A stretch of 64,000 nt of DNA from an uncultured Candidatus Accumulibacter sp. (GTDB taxonomy: Bacteria; Pseudomonadota; Gammaproteobacteria; Burkholderiales; Rhodocyclaceae): the NCBI GenBank assembly GCA_964420975.1, contig CAYQVH010000018.1, forward strand, positions 8,847 to 72,846, given 5' to 3'. The position numbers and the translations under genes are program-made. The notes below the pieces were generated by a model that ran no database searches, had not been told where the DNA came from, and worked only from the letters and a program-made list of their open reading frames with translations. Position 1 is the stretch's first letter, and every line of letters begins with the position of its first letter. Positions 38,996-46,330 of this stretch are shown piece by piece.

Positions 38996-40054
38996 ATGCG
39001 TTTGATTTCCCTTCGCCTCGCTGCGCTGCTCGCCTTTCTGAATCCGCTGGCACCGGCGGCAGCCGCACCGCCCCTGCCGGCGATGGACGCCGATCTCAGC
39101 GGACTAACGGTTTCCGGCGTCTCCTCGGGTGGATACATGGCCGTGCAGTTTCACGTCGCGCACTCGCGCTTGGTACGCGGAGCCGGGGTCATCGCCGGCG
39201 GGCCGTACGCGTGCGCCGATGGCTCAACCTGGCACGCCCTGACCCGTTGCATGTCGCCTTCCTCATGGGCACCGCTACCCTCCGTCGAGGATCTCCGCAG
39301 CCGTACCGAAGCCGCCGCAGGTAGCGGGCGCATCGACCAGACTTCCGGCCTGCGTGGAAGCCGCGTATGGCTGTTTTCCGGCGGCCAAGACACGATTGTG
39401 AAAACACCCGTGATGGATCGCCTGGCGGCGTACTACGCCTTGTGGCTAACACCCGACGCGATTCAATACGTCAAGCAGAGGGACGCCGTGCACGCGATGA
39501 TTTCCGCCGCCGATCCACAGGCAAACGCGTGCGACAGCAGCGAATCGCCCTACATCAACCGTTGCGGAGATCTCGACGCGGCCGGCGAAATCCTCGCGCA
39601 GCTCCTCGGCCCACTGAACGTCCCCACTGCCGCGGAGGGGGAGACGTTGCTCTTCGACCAACGTCCTTTTGTTGGCGGCCAGGCGGTCGACGCCGGTCTC
39701 GCCGACGAGGCGTACGTCTATGTGCCGCGTGCCTGCCGGCAAACGTCGTGTCGTGTCCACGTCGTCTTTCACGGCTGCCGGCAGAGCGCTGCGCAAGTCG
39801 GGCGCCGCTTCGTCGACGGCGCCGGCTACAAACGCTGGGCCGACAGCAACCGACTGTTGATTCTCTATCCGCAGACGACCCCCCGTTATGGGCCGGCTTG
39901 GGGTTCGACGACCTGGATCAGCAACCCCTTCGCGTGCTGGGACTGGTGGGGTTACTCCGGTCCCGACTACGCGACGCGTGATGGGCGACAAATCAAGGCC
40001 GTGCGCACGATGCTCGAGCGTTTGGCAGCACCGCGTGAGTCGTCCAGGCAGTAG
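38996..40054 (+). CDS. Secreted poly(3-hydroxybutyrate) depolymerase/esterase, type II catalytic domain
   Basis: Signal peptide; lipase box GVSSGG near N-terminus, AGGPY.CA, HVVFHGC.Q, CWDWWGY. Confidence 0.82.
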   Translation: MRLISLRLAALLAFLNPLAPAAAAPPLPAMDADLSGLTVSGVSSGGYMAVQFHVAHSRLVRGAGVIAGGPYACADGSTWHALTRCMSPSSWAPLPSVEDLRSRTEAAAGSGRIDQTSGLRGSRVWLFSGGQDTIVKTPVMDRLAAYYALWLTPDAIQYVKQRDAVHAMISAADPQANACDSSESPYINRCGDLDAAGEILAQLLGPLNVPTAAEGETLLFDQRPFVGGQAVDAGLADEAYVYVPRACRQTSCRVHVVFHGCRQSAAQVGRRFVDGAGYKRWADSNRLLILYPQTTPRYGPAWGSTTWISNPFACWDWWGYSGPDYATRDGRQIKAVRTMLERLAAPRESSRQ

Positions 40055-40057
40055 CCC

Positions 40058-40309
40058 TCACGACGATCGGCTGCGGAGGCGACCATAGATAACCAGCAAG
40101 AGAATTGCCATGATGACTGAGGCGATGAAGCCGGCACCCTCACCCGCTCGATACCAGCCAAGCCACTGACCGACGACGCCAGCCAGAAACGATCCCGCGA
40201 TCCCGAGCAACACCGTGGCGATGAAGCCCATGTTCTCTTTGCCGGGGTGAATCACCTTGGCGATGACGCCGATGACGAAACCCAGAACGATCGTCCAAAC
40301 GATACCCAT
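40058..40309 (-). CDS. GlsB/YeaQ/YmgE transglycosylase-associated membrane protein
   Basis: IVLGFVIGVIAK, LGIAGSFLAG pattern. Confidence 0.88.
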   Translation of the reverse strand: MGIVWTIVLGFVIGVIAKVIHPGKENMGFIATVLLGIAGSFLAGVVGQWLGWYRAGEGAGFIASVIMAILLLVIYGRLRSRSS

Positions 40310-40364
40310 CGCTTACTCCTTTGTCGCGTGCTTCACCCTGGAAAATCCATTTGACGAGGCAGGA

Positions 40365-40880
40365 TCACGAAATCGGCGGAATCCGCAGCACCTGCCCCGG
40401 ATAGATTTTGTCGGGATGGCTGAGCAACGGCCGATTGGCTTCGAAGATTAGCGGGTACTTGTTGGCATTGTCGTAGTGCAGTTTGGCGATCTTCGACAGA
40501 TTGTCGCCGGCCACCACGGTGTAGAAGGTCGCTTCGGGCTCGCTTTGATCGACCGAAAGCTTGTCATCGACCTGCGCAACACCGGTCACGTTGCCGCAAG
40601 CAAGAAGGATTTTCTCTTTGCTCGCCTGGTCGCCGGCAACGCCAAAAACGGTCGCCGTACCGCTGGCCCCATCAAACGTGACGGTCAATCCCGTGACAAC
40701 GAGCCCGAGTGTATTGATGTAGGCCTCAATCGCGTCGCCGGCCTGACGGTTCAACTCGTCCAGGCGCGCCTGCGCGTCCGCGTCATCGGGAGCACTCGCC
40801 AGCGCCTCGGACGCTGCCTCGGTATCCTTGCTGTGAAACAGCTTTTCTCCCGCTTCCTTGACAAAATCAAACAGCCCCAT
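40365..40880 (-). CDS. lysM: BON-LysM protein (YgaU/Kbp-like)
   Basis: MGLFDFVKEAGEKLF, YTVVAGDNLSKIAK, KIYPGQVLRIP. Confidence 0.92.
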   Translation of the reverse strand: MGLFDFVKEAGEKLFHSKDTEAASEALASAPDDADAQARLDELNRQAGDAIEAYINTLGLVVTGLTVTFDGASGTATVFGVAGDQASKEKILLACGNVTGVAQVDDKLSVDQSEPEATFYTVVAGDNLSKIAKLHYDNANKYPLIFEANRPLLSHPDKIYPGQVLRIPPIS

Positions 40881-40975
40881 GGGTCTCCTCCTGGTTGGGT
40901 AGTGCCGGGCGGCAGTCAGCCACGTCCGGCGGCGGCCAGTTTATCACTGCTCACGACAGGGACAACGGCGTCGGC

Positions 40976-41036
40976 GGTCAAACGCGTTCCGTTGTATGCT
41001 TGCTCGCCAACGTTACTCCCCCTCCCGATCGCTCTT
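40976..41036 (+). repeat. 61-bp direct repeat, copy 1
   Basis: GGTCAAACGCGTTCCGTT(G/A)TATGCTTGCTCGCCAACGTTAC(T/G)CCCCCTCCCGATCGCTCTT, 59/61 identical to 46252-46312. Confidence 0.9.
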
Positions 41037-41089
41037 CCTGATTAGCAACGAGCGTCAGCCGCCCAAATCGAGTGCTGGGGCTGCGGCGC

Positions 41090-42294
41090 GGAGAACCTGG
41101 GCTGGACACCGGAGGAGGAAGAATACCGGCGCGATCTCGACGCACAACGCAACCAGCTCGAACGGCGGACGAACAACATCCTGGCCGAAGCGACGGCGCG
41201 CTTCGTCGACGCCAGTCGCCGCGCCAACGAAGCCCGGATCAAATCCTTCGACAGCGCCCGCACCGGCCTATCGGTGAAACTCGGCGAGATGCAGAGCAGC
41301 GTGCAATCGGCGGCCTGTGCACCGCCGGCCTCGTGCTACTACCCGACGCCAGGGGTCTGACGCTGATCGTGACCACCGACGAGGGCGCGGGTACCGCTGC
41401 TGCGCCAGGTCAGTGAAGCCGAACTGAATGCGCTGGTCGGCAGCCTGCCGAGGCGCAACTCGACCAGCTGGCGGGAGTCCAGCAATGGGCGATTCTGCCT
41501 TACGGCAGCCTGCGCGACCTGCCTTTCGCCGCGCTGATCAACCCGGCAGACGGCAAGCACCTGATCGAGCAGTACGCCCTGGTGACTCTGACCGCCGACG
41601 GCAGCGGCCGCTTCGAGGGGCTCGAAACGCTCCCCAGGGTCGCTGGCAGGGGGTCGCGCTCGGCGCTTCGCAGCCCGACCCGGAGTTCGGCAACCTTGCT
41701 CTGCCCGGAGTCCTGCGCGAGGTGTGCGGCGTCGTTCGCGACCCGCAGGCCGGACGCTGCCGCGCCGGCGAAGGCGTCGTTGCCGGCCAGCGCTACCTCG
41801 ATGCCGGGTTCACGCCGGAGATTTTGCGCCGCCTGATGAGCCCAGGCGGCGGCGCCGGATCGAACTTCCTGCACATCGCCACCCACTTCAAGGCCGAGAA
41901 ATCGCTGCTCCTGCTCGGCGACGGCAGCAAACTGCGCGCCGCCGACATCGTCGCCTGGACGCCGCGGCTCGGCCAGTACGATCTGATCGCGCTGTCGGCC
42001 TGCGATTCGGGAGTGACCGAAGCAGCCGTCGAATCGCTCGGCGCGATGTTCCGCTCGCAGGGCGCCAAGGCGGTGCTGGCGACGCTGTGGCCGGTCGCCG
42101 ATGTCGGCGCCGCGCCGCTGATGGTCGAGTTCTACCGCCTGCGCGGCGAACAGCAGGCGATGAGCAAAGCCGCAGCCCTGCGCCAGGCGCAACTGGCGAT
42201 GCTCGGCGGCAAGTTGAAAGCCGAGAACTCGGGAATCGACCTGCGCCATCCGTACTTCTGGGCGCCCTACGTGTTGATGGGAAACTGGTTGTGA
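41090..42294 (+). pseudogene. Eroded CHAT (caspase-like) domain gene
   Basis: Motifs spread over different frames: LPYGSLRDLPFAAL, FLHIATHF, LIALSACDSG, LATLWPVAD, HPYFWAPYVLMGNWL; stops and deletions in the 5' part. Confidence 0.75.
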
Positions 42295-42351
42295 CAGCGA
42301 CGCAATTGAGCCGGTGACGATCCACTGGAACCGTCGGCCCTGTCGGGGAAT

Positions 42352-42783
42352 TCAAATCACGACGAGATGACGGCTTCCTGCCTCAGGAACGGCTTGCAGC
42401 GGTACCGCGCGACCCAGCGTCACCAGGCGGCCGCCTTGCTGCACCGCCAGCGCCAGCAGATAGACGTCGGTCACTTGGCGGGAGCCGAGGACGGCATTCC
42501 AGGCAATTCGTCCGCGATCGAGGATGCTCACGGCGTCCGACCAGAAGACGTGATGGCTGGTCGCCGTCGCCCCCGCGAGGCGTTCGGCGATGGCTCCGGC
42601 CGGCAGTGGGTTGGGGTAGCCGGCTTGTGACATGATCCGGATACAACCGTTCTCGGTCAGCGGGCACGACGCCCAGCCCGACTGGATATTCTCTTGCAGC
42701 CAGGCCATGGCTCTGCCGTGATGCAGGTGATCGCTGTCCAGCAGGGCGATCAGCACATTCACATCGAGCAAGGCGCGCATCAA
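42352..42783 (-). CDS. vapC: VapC-type PIN domain toxin
   Basis: LLDVNVLIAL, TENG, QVTDVYLLALA PIN acidic residues. Confidence 0.88.
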   Translation of the reverse strand: MMRALLDVNVLIALLDSDHLHHGRAMAWLQENIQSGWASCPLTENGCIRIMSQAGYPNPLPAGAIAERLAGATATSHHVFWSDAVSILDRGRIAWNAVLGSRQVTDVYLLALAVQQGGRLVTLGRAVPLQAVPEAGSRHLVVI

Positions 42784-43028
42784 ACGCCTTCCTCGTCTCT
42801 CAGCTGGTCTACCTGCTCGTTGGTGACCACTTTCCCCCGTGACGGGAACGGTCGGAAACCGTGGACGGCCGCCGGCTCGCCGGTGCTGCTGGTCGTCGAT
42901 GGCGGCGATTGGGTCAGGGTTTGTCGCACGAGCTGCGAGATCACCCGGCCGGCCGTCGTCCCGCCACGCCGGGCAAGCTCCTTGGCAGCCAGCAAAACAT
43001 CGTCTTCGATATCGAGTGTGGTGCGCAT
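42780..43028 (-). CDS. vapB: VapB-type RHH/CopG antitoxin
   Basis: MRTTLDIEDDVL RHH start, VVTNEQV..LRDEEG tail; 4-nt overlap with the toxin gene. Confidence 0.85.
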   Translation of the reverse strand: MRTTLDIEDDVLLAAKELARRGGTTAGRVISQLVRQTLTQSPPSTTSSTGEPAAVHGFRPFPSRGKVVTNEQVDQLRDEEGV

Positions 43029-43046
43029 GAGTGTCCTCCTCGCACG

Positions 43047-43070
43047 TGATGCGGTGATGCTAAGGCATCA
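43047..43070. promoter_or_regulatory. Probable vapBC autoregulatory operator
   Basis: TGATGC-TAAG-GCATCA palindrome (43055-43070) plus an extra TGATGC half-site at 43047, just upstream of vapB. Confidence 0.5.
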
Positions 43071-43187
43071 GTGCGCCACAAGCAAGGGACGATGCCAAAC
43101 CCTATGGCATCACGGACGATCGGGGTGTCTTCCTCAAGCCAGCGGCGCCTCCATCGTGCCTACTTCACCTGGCCGGGCGTCAGCGCC

Positions 43188-43302
43188 GTAGGTTGCGCTG
43201 AGCCCGCGAAGCCCAAGCGCCTGAACCAGGCGAGAGACGTTTTGAAGCAGAACGATGAGACGAGGCGCCGCGGGTTGTTGGGCCTCGCGAACTCAGCCCA
43301 AC
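43188..43302. repeat. Degenerate inverted REP doublet (GTAG family)
   Basis: GTAGGTTGCGCTGAGCCCGCGAAGCCCAAGC (43188-43218) and inverted GTTGGGCCTCGCGAACTCAGCCCAAC (43277-43302). Confidence 0.55.
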
Positions 43303-43959
43303 GGACACGCTGCGGCAACCCGGCGTCGAAGCCTGGGGGTCGGGTATCATCGCCGGGAGGGTGGTGTCGTTTGGCGATGACCGGAGGACGAGGGGGGCCG
43401 GTTTCTCGATGAGTGCGTCGTGCTTGCGGGTGGCGATCACCTACGTGCCCAGGCTCAACTCAGGGCGATTGCATGAATCTTATACAAGACCCAGAAGTTC
43501 GGCGCGAAAGCTGTCGGAAGAGGCAGCGATGAGTCGCTGAACCTTGAGGCCGCCCTTGCGTTTTACGGGAGCAAGGCGCAGGAGGTTCAAGACAAACTGG
43601 CGTAAGACGGCGAAATTCTGAGCGACATGATCGGTACGCGCGCGCATCGGGTCGTCGCCAAAGACGACATCCATGCACCCATGCAAACTGTTTTCGACGC
43701 GCCAGTGCATGCGGACAGCTTCGTTCATGCGCTGCGCGTCGGGAGCCAGGCTGCTCACGTAGAAACGACGTTCAACGGAGGTTTTTCCGCGGATCGTCCG
43801 CTCGCTGGTGATCATCGCGAAGGACTTCAGGTCTGGCCAGCGATTGGGAGCGTGCAGGCAGTCAAGCGGGTCGAAGACATGGCACCGCCGGACCTCCAAC
43901 CGGCCATGATCTTTATATGGACGCCTCCCGTTTGCCAAGGACGATATTGGTGTGTTGGG

Positions 43960-44115
43960 ACAGATAGGCTGCAGTTTTATATCCGGCCTGTAGTGCAGGA
44001 GGATGCCTGCTGGCCCTGATGGAATCCGCTGACCCGCGCCTCATTTCTCCAAAGGACTCGAAGTCCGAAAGAACATTCAGGCTTGGCGGGTCACGGTCTG
44101 ACCTGTTTGCCATCA
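43960..44115 (-). ncRNA. Predicted bridge RNA / seekRNA of the IS1111-group element
   Basis: Two stem-internal loop-hairpin units; loop strands match the target (AAAGAACAT 44068-44076, TTTCTCCAA 44044-44052) and the circle junction (ATGGAAT 44019-44025, TTTATAT 43976-43982); boundaries approximate. Confidence 0.8.
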
Positions 44116-44194
44116 CACTTTTATCGACCTTGCGCAACCTTTACGGCGGCCACTCCTTTCATCAAAGTGGTTGATGCAACGTTGTGCGTTGGCC

Positions 44195-45220
44195 CTACGC
44201 GGGCTGACTCACAAACCCTTTTTGGTACGTCCGCTCATGGGCCAGCAGGGCCCAGATCGTGCGCGCCATCTTGTTGGCCAACGCGACCACCGCGACATTC
44301 AGCGGCCGGCGTCGGCGCAGTTCCGTGATCCACGGTTCCGGCTCCCGGGTATGCGTCAGCACCGAGCGTGCGCCGTGGATCAGCAGCGTGCGCAGGTAGG
44401 TATCGCCGCGCTTGCTGATGCCCAAGAGCCGTATTCGCCCGCCAGTGCCGGTTTGTCGAGGAACCAGACCCAACCAGGCGGCAAATTCGCGCCCGGATTT
44501 GAAGGCCTTGGCTTCGCCCATCGTGGCCACCGCCGCCGTCGCGCTCAGCAGGCCCACGCCGGGAATGCCGGCAAGACGCTGGCAGGCTTTGTCTTCTCTG
44601 TGCCAGACCTTGAGCCGCCGCTCGATTTCCCCGATTGCATCGTCGAGCTTGCCGATGCGCGCCCACTGCTCGCGCAGGGTGTCGATGACCATCGTCGGCA
44701 GTCGATCCGCCAGCCGCTGTAAGGCTTCGGCCAGGCCTTTCCTGAGCCCGACCTTGCCTTGTGCCATCACTTCGCCATATTCGGTCAGTAGCCCGCGCAG
44801 GCCATTGATCTGCGCCGTGCGGAACTTCACCAACTGCTGGCGCATGCGGTGCAGGGCCAGCATCGCTTGCTGCTCCTCGGTCTTGACGGCCACCGCCTTG
44901 ACACCTGGCTGCTGCACCGCCGTCCAGATGGCGCGGGCGTCATGCGCGTCGCTCTTGTTGCCGCCGACGAAGGGTTTCACCCCCTTGGCCGGCATGAGTT
45001 TGACCTCGTGCCCCATCGCGACGAGTTTCCTCGCCCAGTGCTGCGATCCGCCGCAGGCTTCCAGACCGATCAGGCAGGGCGCCCGGTTGGCAAAGTGCGC
45101 CAGGAACTTCTCGCGCTTGAGCTGCAAACTCACGATTTCTCCGGTCGCCAAGTCGATCCAGTACAACTGAAACACCCGTTTGGCGATATCCACGCCAACC
45201 ACTGTTTTGCTATCCTTCAT
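44195..45220 (-). CDS. IS110 family DEDD recombinase/transposase (341 aa)
   Basis: VGVDIAK, GLEACG, KSDAHDA, IPGVG, FAAWLGLVP, KRGDTYLRTLLIHGA, VALANKMAR; RBS GGAGG before ATG 45220. Confidence 0.96.
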   Translation of the reverse strand: MKDSKTVVGVDIAKRVFQLYWIDLATGEIVSLQLKREKFLAHFANRAPCLIGLEACGGSQHWARKLVAMGHEVKLMPAKGVKPFVGGNKSDAHDARAIWTAVQQPGVKAVAVKTEEQQAMLALHRMRQQLVKFRTAQINGLRGLLTEYGEVMAQGKVGLRKGLAEALQRLADRLPTMVIDTLREQWARIGKLDDAIGEIERRLKVWHREDKACQRLAGIPGVGLLSATAAVATMGEAKAFKSGREFAAWLGLVPRQTGTGGRIRLLGISKRGDTYLRTLLIHGARSVLTHTREPEPWITELRRRRPLNVAVVALANKMARTIWALLAHERTYQKGFVSQPA

Positions 45221-46251
45221 TTCGGACCCTCCGGTTTGCCTGTGAAGATCCCATTCCTCCACCTTGGGCACTTCGATGCCGTCGGCCCGTGAGGGTCCCT
45301 CTCCCATACAACCACCACCCAGACTTATCCACGGCGCCGGGCGCCGACGGTCACCTCTATGACCAGAGGTGACCGGCGCGGTGGTTAAGTCGTGTTCAGC
45401 GCTCACGGGGTGGGAGGCGTCCATTCCATTTCTCGACGACTTCGTGAAACGGATGAGGCGTCTTGCCTGGCGCTGCCTCGAAGGCGCTGACAAAATCCGT
45501 GATCGACTCGGCCAGTGTGGGCGGATTGTCCTTGACCGCCAGCACATCGTTGGCCCCCCGATCGCGAATGGCTTGTGCAATGCCGGGCTGGGTGCCCATG
45601 GCGTCGATGGTCACGATGCAGCCTTCCAGGGCCAAGGTCGCCAGCAGTTCGGGAATGGCGGTCTTATCGTTCGACTTCGCGGCCGTCGCACGCTGTCCCA
45701 GCACCAGGCCCGCCTGGGCGGCAAAGGCGCTGACCAGATGCCACGGCGTGGCACCCACTTTTCCTGATCGACGGCTCGTCTTGCCGTCGATCGCGACCAC
45801 TTCGCCCTTCGTCAAGGCCGGCACCACCTGGCCCACCCAGCGCAAGAACGCCGCACCGAACTCGTCGGGATCCATCGCCGCGAAGACGCGGCCAAACGTG
45901 TCATGGCAGGGGATACCGCGCTCAAGTTTCAGATACTTCCGTAGCCCGTCCCGTTTCTCTTTCGCCCACACCTCGATAGCGACGAAGGTATCGGCACCCG
46001 ACAGGACCGCGCAGACGGCAACCACCCGCCATTCCACCCGATCGTGCTCGACCTTCTTTGCCTGTCTTGGGTCCCGCACCCCAACCCAGACGTCTACCCA
46101 CCGAACCGAGTTCTCTGCCTGCATGGAAACCCCCAAAAAGACAGAAAACTACACAAATCAGAGGGCTGTGAACAGCCCCTTCGTAACTCCTTGAGGGTAA
46201 ACGATTATTTTGAAGTGTTCACGACGATGGCATTCATGCGATTGCCCTGGG

Positions 46252-46312
46252 GGTCAAACGCGTTCCGTTATATGCTTGCTCGCCAACGTTACGCCCCCTC
46301 CCGATCGCTCTT
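46252..46312 (+). repeat. 61-bp direct repeat, copy 2
   Basis: 59/61 identical to 40976-41036; starts 2 bp outside the ISAs1 TIR and ends 18 bp before the nucleotidase start codon. Confidence 0.9.
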
Positions 46313-46330
46313 TGATCACCAGGCAAGGAC

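Larger units (their letters stand above)
43915..45428 (-). mobile_element. IS110 family element, IS1111 group
   Basis: 13-bp subterminal IRs ATGGACGCCTCCC (43917-43929) / GGGAGGCGTCCAT (45412-45424); shared TTT core at both junctions; long non-coding end downstream of the transposase. Confidence 0.93.
43480..46124 (-). pseudogene. Split ISAs1 transposase (about 375 aa when rejoined)
   Basis: N-half DPRQAKKVEH, AIDGKT..R, TIDAMGTQ ends ...EVVEK at 45429; C-half begins DHGRLEVRR at 43911, VRMHWRVEN; rejoins in frame. Confidence 0.92.
43461..46249 (-). mobile_element. ISAs1 family insertion sequence, interrupted by an IS110 element
   Basis: TIRs CAGGGCGATTGCATGAAT (43461-43478) and ATTCATGCGATTGCCCTG (46232-46249), 16/18; 1272 bp after removing the IS110 insert. 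Confidence 0.9.

Noticed and set aside
43912-45431. TTT at both IS110 junctions as a target-site duplication
   Set aside because: IS110 elements recombine through a core shared by donor and target. One copy comes from the element, so this is not a DDE-type duplication.
44195-45580. 461-aa ORF-track version of the IS110 transposase
   Set aside because: The first 120 codons cross the IS end and the ISAs1 antisense-offset sequence; the RBS and DEDD domain start at 45220.
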